Positions 34,301-46,808 of a stretch of DNA of 64,000 nt are shown here, piece by piece; position 1 is the first letter of the stretch; each line of letters opens with the position of its first letter. Source of the stretch: a virus. Its lineage: Duplodnaviria; Caudoviricetes. The notes beneath the pieces are model-generated. The model had not been told where the DNA came from and did no database searches. It was given only the letters and a program-made list of their open reading frames with translations. The stretch covers positions 14,613 through 78,612 of the IMG/VR virus record IMGVR_UViG_3300032038_000052; one strand, written 5' to 3'. A program made the translations under genes and the position numbers.

Positions 34301-37300
34301 AAGAAAGTTGGCAATGTCGCTGTTAACGGCAGAAACAATGGTCACGCTTATGCTAATGGTAAGCCAGGAGATCTTGTTGGTGAGCTTGGGCGAGAAATGG
34401 TCGTCGATCCGCATACTGGCAGATATTACACGGTTGGCGACAATGGACCTGAGTTTACAAACATCCCAGATGATGCAATTGTATTTAACGCCGACTAGAC
34501 AGATGACTTATTAAAACATGGTCACACTTCTACTCGTGGTCGTGCTCTTGTAACAGGTAACGCTTTTGATAGTACAGATTCTACCAATGAATTTGTCTAT
34601 AATGATCCAAAGAATACATTTGGAAATGGTGCAAAAGCAACTAAAGATAATACTAAAGCTACGAAAGATAACACCAAAGCGTCCAAAGAACAAAAGACTG
34701 CTCTTGATAAGTTCAATGATTGGCTCGGTAAATGGGTTGACTGGATTGATAATCGTATTGATTCTCTAACAAAACGTATTGAACGATTTGAAAAGAAAGC
34801 AGATGAATTAATCGGTTATTCCAAAAAGAACTAGACAATCCAAAATGCGATGAATACTCTTTCTACTATTCCGTAGTATCAAAATGCGCAGTTGAAAACC
34901 AAGAAAGTTAAAGGCACCAATGGTGTTGTAACAGAAATTGCAACTGGAACAAGTGGTGTTAAGAAGGGAACTCTTCTTGGCGATACCATGCGTGGTGCTG
35001 TTAGATATCAGCAACAGGCCGACAAAGTGATGAAGAAGGCCGTTAAGAGCGGGCTTCTTTCTCAAAAGAAAGCTAACGAAATCGCTAAACTCATCTAGAC
35101 TGGTGAGATTGATATTCGTAAGTACAATGAGAAAGTTCGTGCGGTAATTTAGGCATACGAGGACTGGTTTGGCAAGTCACAAGATTTGATTGATTCTACT
35201 TATGAACTCAAGCAACAGTTCAAAGATCTCGAACAAACGAAGCTTGATAATATTACTGAGAGATTTGAAACATTAGTAGGATTATTTGAAGCGGCAAATA
35301 CTTTATCTGAAGCGGCTGTAGATTATTATTCTGAGCGAGGTCGTGCTGTTAACACTGTAGATAAAACAGAGATGGGCTTCCAGCTTGAACGGCAAGGTCG
35401 TATAACTCAAGAGCTAGAAAACGAGAGAACTGCATATGAAACTGAGATGAAGCAAGCCAAGGCTATTTTTGGCGAAAGCTCCAATGAATATCGTTAGGCA
35501 CGAACATAGTTCTATCAAATACAAGAAGAGTTAAAGAAATCTTAGACATCAGAGCTTAGTTTAAGACACACAATTGAAGAACTCACATTTACTGTACGTG
35601 GATTTGTGATTGACAGGATTCAATCTTTTGTAAGCAAACTTGGCAACATTGCTTCTTTGGCTGAAAAGCGTGGCACAAATAAAGCATTGGGTTATGAAGT
35701 AACCGAAGATGTATTTAATGAATAGATAGGGTATAATAACGATTTGATCCTTAAATATGCTGAAGATTTACAAGCTCGTAAAGACGAAATCGCTCGTCGT
35801 ACTATTGAAGAAGGACTTGAAATCAATTCTGATGCATATTAGGAGCTTTATAACAAGATTGTTGCGGATGAAGATGCAATGTATAAGCTTTATTCTGCAA
35901 ATGAAGATCTCAAGATGTCTATTCGTAATCTTAGATGGAAACCGTTCAAGGAATTTTAGGAAACTCTTGATAAGATTGAAAGCGACTTTAATCACATCTA
36001 GAGCTTTATTCGTGAAGGTGAATTGCTTGATGATGACGGACAGTTTACTGCTCGTGGATTTGCTCAGATAGCTCTTGTTGGCGAGAATATGGATGTCGCA
36101 GAAAAGAAGATCGCAAACGCTCGTGCTGCTATTGAGAAGCTGAACGATGAACTTGAAGTTGGCACAATTAATGAAGAGACTTTCGGCGAAGAGTTCGAGG
36201 CTCAGATGAAGATTATCCAAGATTCTGCTTCTAGTGCGTATGACAGCATGCAGAAGCTTGCTGATTTGTACATCAAGCAGATTACCGAGGAGAATTCGAT
36301 TCTTCAGGATTTGATTAAGAAGAGACAAGACGCATTAAATAAAAAGAAAGCGTACTATGATTATGACAAACAGATTCGTTAGAAAAATAAAGATGTAAAT
36401 GCACTTAGGGCTTAGATAAATGCCTTGACTGGAGTATCGACCGATGCGGCCAAGGCCCGTCGTGCACAACTCCAGGCACAGCTTAAAGAATCTGAACAGG
36501 ATTTAGAAGATACTCGTTATGAACACCAGATTGAAATGCAACAGCAAGGCTATGAGCAACTCTCCGAGGATATGCAGAAAGCCTTGGATGATGCAGTCAA
36601 GCTGATTAACGGCGATCAACAAGCCCTGAAAGATACTGCCGCAACGATGCTCTCTCAGCTTGAAACAAATTATATTGACGAGAAAGCTGTTATAAGCGGC
36701 ATTGTAGCGGGGACTGGTACTAAAATTCATACTGCAACCGAGGACATGATTGACCAGACCTTGACTGCGCAATCCGTATTGTCAGATGACGCACAGGGGA
36801 TTGCAAGTGCTGTTTCTGCAATTGCTAAAATTCTTGGACAGAATCCTCAAAAGATGGCGGAATCTTTGGGCGGTATTCTTACTCAGCTCGGCAGTACTGG
36901 AACGCTTTATCAGGCGATTGCTAAGTTTGCTGATGAGAATGGCATTAAGATTAATGAACTTGGATTGGATGGAGTAATATCCGCTATTGCTGCCCCGTAT
37001 GATGGACAGGGCCAAGCCGCTAAATTATTCGCGGAAATCAATTCTGCGATTACTGGAGATAATACAAGAAATTCTGTATTCTCACAGACGGCAGCTATCA
37101 AATCTGTTATTGATACCATTGCCGAGAAACTCGGTTTAGACAAAGAGGCCGCTTACAACGAGGCTCAGGAAATTGCTAAACAACTTGGAGGAGACGCAAC
37201 AATCTCCGATGTTGTAGACCAGTTCCTTGACAACCGCGGCATTGAAGTCGATTCTGAGTTGCAGGATTTCATTGATAACATAACAAATCCATTTGACGAC

Positions 37301-38455
37301 GTGTCAGCGAATGATTTGTTTGAAGGTTATAATGACTTGATATCTTAGTATAACAATTAGCTTCAACTCCTTGATGACCTCGGTGTTAAGGATAATCCAG
37401 ATGGAAGTTCTCCCGCCACGATGGAGCCAGCCGAAGCTATTGATATGCAACCTGTTGTTGAGGCTATTGAAAAAATAGACCCAGTTGTTAATATTACTAC
37501 CAATTCCGATGGCGAAGATATCAGCGATGTACTTGAACAGATTGAAGACGATTATTTGAAGTTGGATTCAGATAAAGGTACAACTGGCGGGACAACAAAA
37601 GATGATAATGTAGCGGGTCCTGAAAATATTGACAAGGCGCAAAAAGAAAAAGAAGCAATGGAACGCGCCGAGGAAATGGACAAATTAGCAAAACAAATCG
37701 TAACCGCTTAGAATAGTTTAACCAAATTAGAGAAGAATCTTGATTATTATGCCACTCAATATTATAACTATAACAGTAAGATAGCCGACAAAAAAAAAAG
37801 GCTGGCAGAGGCCAAGGCAAATAAAGAAGGCAGCGCAAAGTACGCTAAAATTAAAGAAAAAATTAAATCACTAAAAAAGAAAAGAGATGAAGCAGCAGAA
37901 AACAAAAAGGCTTTTGAATACCAAATCAAGAATGCAAAAGATGATTTGCAAGTACTTGAGGATAGGCTTGCTTTGATGCACCTTGAGGATGAATTTGATT
38001 CTTACGCTTCTGGCACAAAACGTGTCGGAAAAGATATGAATGCGTGGACGAATGAGGATTGGGAGAATCTCGGAGCCGAGATGATTGTTCGTAAATCAGA
38101 CGGTGCTATTCTCACACCTCTGAAAGCGAATGATTCTGTAATTCCAGCAAACCTTGCAGATAATCTGTTTAAGTGGGGAGCAATCAGTCCAGACAAATTC
38201 CTGTCGAATCCATTCTTGGGCAAGATGGGTGATATGCCGAGCAATGCGAACGTTACTAACTAGGTTGATCAGAAGGTTGAGATGCATTTCGACTCGTTGT
38301 TCACAATTCAAGGCGATGTTAATGCTGATGTTATGGATAGACTTGAAGAGTTTGGTAAGGCTCTTACGAGTGACCGTAACTTCTAGTAGAATGTTGTCAA
38401 ATTTGTAACCAAAGATTTTGTGCGTGAATCCAAGAAACAAGGTGGATTCCGTTAA
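22376..38455 (+). CDS. Giant tape measure protein; TAG=Gln; ~5,359 aa
   Basis: More than 20 ORF-track fragments share one frame; the gaps I translated contain TAG but no TAA/TGA. TP901-type TMP core at ~27780-28700 (VKELDTALMEVRKVS...IDKLNGVGDNFSSSTDQL); GELGREMVV and C-terminal YASGTKRV motifs; TAA stop. Confidence 0.9.
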
Positions 38456-38460
38456 TTAGG

Positions 38461-38496
38461 AAGGGTGGGTGTCACAGCCCACTCTTCTATTTTTTG
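38461..38496 (+). terminator. Terminator (loop TGTCACAG)
   Basis: AAGGGTGGG / CCCACTCTT followed by CTATTTTTT. Confidence 0.7.
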
Positions 38497-38520
38497 TGGA
38501 AAGGAGGTACGACAAGAAAA

Positions 38521-39717
38521 ATGTATGGTAAATATTTTACTTATGACAATGAGGCTTCCACCGATTACAACCTTATGATTGGTGGATTTCAGCGAGATGA
38601 TGTTCCACTCGCAATGAACAGAGAGCTATTAAAAGGAACGCTGAACCGCTACCGTAACCGTGTCAATCACATGGGCACTTAGTGGAGCGATGTGTTGGAA
38701 TTTACTATCTCGTTTATGAAAGATCCGTGCAACAAGAGTTACCAATCGGATATGATATTTACAGAAGATGAGGTCGATGCTATTAACACCTGGCTGACTT
38801 CGCCGGACTATCCCATCCTGTTCCACATGTATGATTATGACTTTGAAAAAGATGGTTCGGACAATATGGTGTTGATTGATAACACAAAGACAACTGTTAA
38901 TGTCGAGATTTAGGCTAATGATTATAGCTATGTAATATATAGAATTTCAGATGGCGAATTGGTATCCACTAACATTACGATAGTCGGGAACAAGACTCCG
39001 CCAGAACCTGAATCTATTGTTTAGTATGATAATTACTTATCAATAGCTTTCGATGAAGACTATATCCGTTCAATTACAAAGATATACGTTGGCGGTGTGG
39101 AATACGAAGAAAGTGATACAAGAAGTTGGCTGTCCACGTACGCCGCTGGGGACACCTGTGAAAACTAGTATGTCAAGGTGATAAATAAATCTCTCATTCT
39201 TAACAAGAAGTATAACTATTTTGGGTTGTTTTCGAATGTTGAGGCTGAGACATATCACGGCGACATCATTGGGCTAACAGCTACGTTTACTACTGACTCG
39301 CCGTTCGCATGGACGGATACAATCACAAAAACTTTTGAAGTGTCTGATGGTGATACGATTACTTTCGACGTGTAGACTTCTGAGAAGTACCGTGAAATAT
39401 ACCCGGTAATAAAGATAAAGCCTGTTTACACTGGCGGGGCAGGACGGTCTGACATTATATTGCATAATAATCGTGACGGGTACGAAATCCAGATGGAATT
39501 ACAACAGGCGATTAACGTTGCTACTACCACACTAGATTGTGAACACTCGAAGATTTATAGTGCGTCCGGCAGCCTGTCATTCGAAGATCTCGGTATTACT
39601 GATACGGATTACATTTATTGGCCTAGACTTTATAACGGCACAAACTCATTTACTGTCAGTGGAGATTGTGTATTGACATTTGAGTACCGTGAGCCGAGGA
39701 AGGTTGGTGCTTATTAA
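38521..39717 (+). CDS. Distal tail protein (Dit) with internal insertion; TAG=Gln; 398 aa
   Basis: Follows the TMP; MYGKYFTYDNEASTDYNLMI..., INTWLTSPDYP, TFTTDSPFAW, WPRLYNGTNSFTVSGDC motifs. Confidence 0.8.
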
Positions 39718-42700
39718 TGAAAACTGTAGTTGATGCATATAAGCATGGTGAATACTTTTTTGACACTGCGGTGATTACCCAAAGCTCCACGTAGCTGCCT
39801 CGTTCTACTGACATTTAGTACCGTGACATCCCGACCCAGATTATCTACACATGGGATGGGCAGCATTACAGGGATAGGTCGTTTCATTAGGCTTATACTT
39901 ATTATGATGTCGGGCAGGGGGACAGGATAGACACAAACAAAATATATCTTGCCCGCCCAGGTCAACGTATTCTCGGTGTATTAAACGGAGTTGATGAGGA
40001 GACTTGTTCTCTCACTAAGAATTTAAATAATACCAGCGAGTTAACTTTCGTGGTTGACCGCATTATCCATACAGAAAATGGCGCTGAGGTAAGTTCGTTC
40101 TATGACCTTATTTCTCGCCATTATGAAATATATCTCCCCCATCACGGGTGGTTTAAAATAAATGAAGAGCCGGAGTTAGATAACAACGGCAACCTTGAGA
40201 CTAAGTCGGTTCGAGCCGAGTCGCTTGAAATCGAATTATAGCAGTATGACCTTGTGAATTTCCGCATTAACATGGCGACTGAGGATTCCAAGGAAATGCT
40301 TGCGACGGATAACACATATGACATAGATGGATTTACCATGTTCCGGGATAACATTTTGTTTTACCGGGATGTTAGTAAATATATTACATACCTTCAGGAG
40401 TTCGAGGAAACCAGCCAGGAGTTATCTGACCTTCAAGACATGCTTTTGGAGGATCAGTTACTCCTCTCGTCTCCTCGAATACAGTATAGTACTGATGGCA
40501 TTGATAGTGCTTTGACTAGTGCTGCGGCCGAATACAGGGCTGCGGGCGATGACGCTTCGGCAGATGACCTTGAAGCACTGGTCGGAAAGATAACAGAGGA
40601 AACTCCTGAAGAACCAAAAAAGATAGGGAAAGACTATCCTTTGTTGCTTAAATACATGACATTGGTTGTTGACCAGACAGGCGAGGACGGAGTAACTCCT
40701 ACATACTCTCTCGCTGATGTACTCCAGCGGGAAATTGATAGACAGAATGAATTATCATTGATGTATCTAATCCTTCATGAACACGGCTGGGAAATCGGCT
40801 ATGTCGATCCAACAGTTGTGCCGGATTCGGATATTGAAGATGATAGAATTCCGCTGGCTGAAAAAGTTGGGTACTTCGAAAAGGACAGTCAGGATATTTA
40901 CTCGTTCCTTACGCAGGATGTGTCGTCTTATTACAGATGTATCTTTGTGTTTGACACTGAGAATTATCTGGTCAACTGCTATAACATTAATAATATCGGG
41001 TATGATACGAATATCTTCCTGAGTTTTCATAATATATAGAATGAGGTCGCTCGGTCATCTGATCGTGAGCTTTATACGGTTTTTCACGTACAAGGTGCAG
41101 AAGAATTGGATTTCACCGAAGCGAACCTCGGAGAGGACTGGATATCCGACATATCATATTTCTTAAATGAGGAGCATTTCACCCCTGAGTTTATTGAGAA
41201 ATATAATAGTTGGGCAGAAACTCGTGAGCAGAAGAGACTCGAATACATCTAGGCTTCGAAGGATTACAGGAACGCTAATGATATCGCTACAGAGATATAC
41301 GACCGTGTTCCGATTGATAACGCTGACGGCGGGCAGTACAACACCATGACAGAGGATGAATTACTCGCCGAGAAAGCGAACATGGAAGCCGAAAAGCGTG
41401 GCTATGAGTCGCTATATGTTGATGACAATGGAGATTTTGACCAAGCGGCGCTTGAAGCTTCAGACGACTGGAAGAGATACAAGGTATTAACAGGAATCGT
41501 ACTCTCCTCCCCGCTCGATGCGTTGGATTACGTAGTGTTTATTCAGCACGAGGAGTCTGATGATTACGAGTACGGATTTGACAGTGAACACTCTGACTAC
41601 AGGCTTGGTAACATTGATATTGCGTTGTTTAATCTTCGTGTTATTGATGGGTATTACACAAGTGACGAGATGTCGGACACAGATAAGCTAAAGCGTACGA
41701 ATGTAAAAAATCAGAAAGATTATCTTGATGACTATTAGTATGATTTTGCTACTTATGGCGATGCGTACGGTGTTGCGGAGCTGGAGAATCAGGCTACAAT
41801 TCTGCGTAATAAACTAACGACGCTTGATAGCACAGGGTATAACGAGTCAGATGGCACTATCTATGATACAAATACGTATGCTAAGTATACAAAATATACT
41901 AATGCGTTGGCATCCTGTGTTGAAGCTCTTGCGGTCAGGCAGCAGGAATATGACGACGCTATGCTGGATGTTGAATATGCTGTTCGAAATCTAAATTAGT
42001 TAAAAGCGGATGCTGATATCACAAGGCCAGCTTTTGGGTTTACAACGAAAGAATTATGGCTGTTGGATAAATACTATCTTCATACTGATTACGTGAATGA
42101 AAATATCCTGATTACATCCTAGTCTACGAATGAATAGATAGTGGACACTGAGAATCAATTGTATCTCGATGCTATGGAATAGCTTTATGTAGAATCGCAT
42201 CCTCAATACACTTGGAGTACGACTCAGGATAATCTGTTATTAATGCCGGAATTTCAGGATTGGCATGGGGATATGCACGTTGGCAATTTCATTCGTGTTG
42301 CTATGCGGGATGATTACCAGGTAAGGCTGCGTATATCTTCCATCACACTCAATCCGTTAATGACAGAACCGACTATTCAGATTGATTTTACGACGATGAC
42401 TGAGTATCGTTCGAAGCGTAACGATTACACCGATTTGATGGCCTCGGCGAATGCGTCTACAAAGAATCAGATTGGCTCGACTCTGAGCAAAAGTTCCGGC
42501 GACGGTTCTATCAGTGTTGACTCTGCGCTTATTCTGAAACTGCTTAATAACTCGACCTTTGCGTCTTATATGGGCAACCAGAGTGCGAATGTTTCGGGTA
42601 ATGCGATTAGTGCGGTGAGCGGAAGCATTGATAACTTAGTGTCATAGTCTATCAGCGCTATCACGATTAATGTTGATTAGATTACTGGTACATCTGCTTA

Positions 42701-44237
42701 GTTTGAGGATTTATGGTCCAATTACATCAGCTCGAATTTCATCGCTACGAAATTCCTGGATGCTGATGAGGCGTATATCAGGGAGTTAACCACTGATGTT
42801 CTACACTTCGGCGAGGATGGCATTACCACAATCACGAATAACGCTATCCAGACTGCGACGATTTCTGCCGACTAGATTACGTCAGGAACAATTAGTACTG
42901 ACAGGATTGATGTAGCTGATGTCATCACGGTTGGGACAAATTCTATTACTACAATTGCCGAGGGAGTCATCAGTACCGCTGAAATTAGTGCGGATCAGAT
43001 TACTTCCGGGACAATTGATACTAGCAGGATTAATGTCGCGGATGTGATTACCGTGGGTACAAACTCTATCACCACGATTGCGGAAGGTGTTATCAGTACT
43101 GCCGAGATTAATGCTAGTCAGATAACATCAGGGACAATCGACACTAATCGAATCAATGTCGCAGATGTTATTACTGTTGGCACGGATGCTATCACCACAA
43201 TTGCGGAGGGGACAATCACTACTGACAATGTTGTGGCTAGTCTCGTTGCGGCGAATGTCGGTGACTTTGATGCTTTAACGGCGAACAGCGCATTTGTGCA
43301 GTACCTGAACTCAGGTGTTATCACCGCCGGGACAGTTAGTGCTGATGCGGTAATTGCTGCCTTAGTTGAGGCGGACGTTGCAGATATCGGGCTGTTAACC
43401 GCCGACACGGCTTTTGTTCAGTACCTTCAGAGCGTGAGTAGCACAACGGCTACAAGCGTTATTGACTAGGGTTATATCATGAACTTGGTTGCCGGGAACA
43501 TCTCGGTAGCTGACCTGGCTACGCACACAGCGACGGCTGACCAGATTGTACTGATTTCACAGGATGGTGACCCGTCTATAGCTTTCAGCGGTTCGACACA
43601 GCAGTTTTATGACTCGGATGGTAATGTCCGTGTTCAGATCGGCTAGGATGGCAACGGCGATTTCAACTTTATTGTTCGTGGCGCTGACGGCACTACTGCT
43701 CTGTTTAATGAAAATGGTATTACGCAGAGTGGTATTCCGAACAGTACGATTGTTAATAACATGATTACTGACGGCACTATTCAGAAGTCAAAGCTAGGCT
43801 TCCAGATTGTTGATACCGATGAGAACGGAATGATTTCTATCACTGATGTGAAGGATGGTTCCGGCGGGAATTTTGGTGTTAGCTACACGACGTTTTAGCA
43901 GAATACAACTCAGAGTCTGAGCGATTTAGCAGATGCAATTGAGGACTCAGCAAATTATGATCTTTATATAGAAACTCCAAATGGCACAAATATTTGGGGC
44001 GGCAATATACAACTAAATGTAAAATTATTAAAGAACAATGTAGATGTAACAAATGATTTTGATGCATCTTGTTTTATTTGGACGAGAACTTCCCGTGATC
44101 ATGATGCTGATCTTTACTGGAATAGTAATCACAGCGATGGGGCAAAAGTAATCACAATCACTGGGAATGATGTTAGAATGAACGCCGATTTTCAGTGCAA
44201 GTTTGAGTATGAAAATGTCACTGTTGTGGCGGGATAA
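39717..44237 (+). CDS. Tail tip/baseplate hub (Tal-like) protein with C-terminal fibre repeats; TAG=Gln; ~1,506 aa
   Basis: TAATG coupling to Dit; fragments at 40050, 40254, 41346, 42243 and 43044 share a frame; TAA at 44235. Confidence 0.8.
42822..43230 (+). repeat. Three tandem 123-nt (41-aa) repeats
   Basis: Unit ITTIAEGVISTAEISADQITSGTIDTSRINVADVITVGTNS; aligned Gln codons at 42873, 42996 and 43119 are exactly 123 nt apart. Confidence 0.85.
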
Positions 44238-44251
44238 GAGGAGGAAATAAT

Positions 44252-46741
44252 ATGGGAAAAATACAAGCTTTTTCATCTGTAAGTGTTGTTGACCTTACCG
44301 ATGTTGGCGTAATTAATTTCTATCTGACTAGTAATTAGCCCAATAGTGTAATTTATGATCCGAATACAAACGGTGGGACATATTCTCCCAACTGGGCTTC
44401 AAGCAGATTGGATATTACTCCTGTAATATCTTATAATGGATCGAACTTAGCACTAACGGCAACTGGTCTTACAATTACTTATCAAAGAAAAGAGGGAACA
44501 GGCAATGCTACTGCTCTCACAACTGGTGAGACTGTTGTGTCTGGCGTCCTCAGAGTGTCTGCTAATAAACTAGCAAGTGTTTCTAGTGGGCAATTAACTT
44601 ATATTTGTAATATAACATATACAGATCCAGATACTGGCGTTCCAATCAGTTCATAGGCTTCGTTAACATATACATTGGTAACGATGGCTTCTGAGTTAAA
44701 GTACGCTGGCATAACTGGTGAGAATACATTCCTATATGATACTAGTAGGAATATTGTCGGTACTGGTATTATTACGTTAACCGCTGATTTAACAAATTGT
44801 TCTGTTACTTAGTGGCAATATAAAAATTCTGATGGTGATTTTGTTGCTTTCCCAACTACAAATAACGAGTCTATTTCTGGAAATACGCTTTCAGTGCATC
44901 ACGATGAAGCAAATATTTGGTTGAATGGTAAAACTGCGGTCATTAAATTAGTAACGAATGATAATGATATTTATGATATTACGCAGATAAATAAAATCTA
45001 CGATGGTGCTGCTGGTAATTCTACTGTTGCGGCTGTCTTGACAAACGAAAACCATGTGTTGGCAGTTAAATCGGATGGCACTGTAAGAAGCTGGGTTGGT
45101 GCTGCTACTGAAATCCATATATATGAGGGTGGAAATGATGTCACGTCCCAATGGACTATTACTAAAGCGGACGGAACGGGACTGACTGGAACATATAATT
45201 CATCTACTCATATATATACCCCTTCAGCATTAACGGTGGATAACTCGTATGCAGATTTTACATGTACTAGAACTGGATACTCTACAATTACGAAGCGTTA
45301 TACCATCACAAAACAGTATGCTGGTGCTGATGGCGAAGATGCTGTTATTTATGAAGTTGTCCCAGATGTATATTCGTTAAACTTGAGTGAGGCTGGAACA
45401 TTTACTCCTACATCTGTAACTTTTAGTGCTTATAAAAAAGTCGGAGAAACTTTAGTGAAATCCACCTATTCTGGAAGATTTATCATAAGCGAATCTACCG
45501 ATGGCGGTGCTACTTTCACGACAAAATATACTAGTAATTCTAACGAAGCAACAAAAGCTTATACTCCATCTGCGAATACAGTAGATGTAATAAGATGTGT
45601 TCTTTATGCCGCTGGCGGAACTTCACAACAGCTTGATGATCAGTCTGTTGTAATCACTAAAGACGGTGTCAAAGGACAAGACGGACAAAACGGAACAGAT
45701 GGTCTTTCTATGGGGCTTGGGAATTACTCTGATGTTATTCCTTGTAATACCTCTGGAAATGCTTCTGCTCAAAGAGATATCTCTATACCGTTTTATGCTT
45801 ATAAGGGAATTACGAGAGTTCCAGTTACTGCATCAGTTGGAACGTTGCCTACGAATGGTGGTGTTAGCATTAATAGTAATACTGCTGGAACAACTTCAGC
45901 AGACGGATTACTCGTTCTTCGTGTCGCTAGTGGTGCAACATTTGGTAATTCTGCTACTATGACTGGTGATATTACTATTACTTTAACGGCACAAAGCAAG
46001 AGTGTATCATACAAATATACTTGGACAAAAAGTAAACAAGCTGCGAATGGAACGAATGCTGTTCTTTTACAGTTATATAGTGAAGACGGCGGGAATGTTG
46101 AAGAGGGCAAAAATACAACTATTAAAGCCATTTTGTATTCTGGCGTTTCAAACGTAACATCTTCTGCTTCATATGTTTGGAAGGAATTTAAGAATGGTTC
46201 ATATACTGCGATTAGCGGTTAGACAGCAAGTTCTATAACTATCACTCCTGCAATGGTTACCGACCAAATGTGGCTGAAATGCGAAGCAACCTATAGCAGC
46301 AAAACATATAGTGCTTATTATACAATCGATGATACGACAGATCCGCTTGTTGCATATACCTATTCTACTATTTCTGAGTTCAAGAATAGCCAAGGATTTG
46401 CGGCGATTTATACCAGGGTCTATAGAGAAGGTGTAGAAGTGGACCCGATTAAGTCTACAACATTCTCTTCTACTGCTCCAACTGGTGCTTCTAATGGAGA
46501 TTATTATTACCATCTTGATAGCACGGCGAAGACATGTACGTTGAAGAAATATAATGGATCAAGTTGGGCAAATGCAGGTGCATCGGATGGAGATAAATAT
46601 ACTTATTCTTATTATAGGATTAATAACGCTGGCGATTCATTAGATACCACTACTGCGTGGAAAACTGGAAGATGTCAATATATTGATCCGAGTATTATTA
46701 ATGGCAGGATGCAATTTATTTGTGAAGTATCTGAAACATAA
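44252..46741 (+). CDS. Minor tail/fibre protein with Ig-like domains; TAG=Gln; 829 aa
   Basis: GAGGAGG RBS; fragments at 44408, 44894 and 46253 share a frame; T/S/G-rich beta domains; short G-X-X linkers. Confidence 0.75.
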
Positions 46742-46808
46742 TGTTTCCTACATTTTACATGCAAAGGAGGCATTAATATGATTAAAATAATGAAAGGAGG
46801 TGGCGCTG

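Noticed and set aside
23649-37805. Two A9-A10 runs followed by GGCTGG in the TMP as slippage sites
   Set aside because: Both simply encode KKRL in the intact frame; no alternative product is evident.
42822-43230. CRISPR-like array
   Set aside because: The repeats are in-frame coding units with synonymous divergence and no spacers; no CRISPR array was seen in the window.
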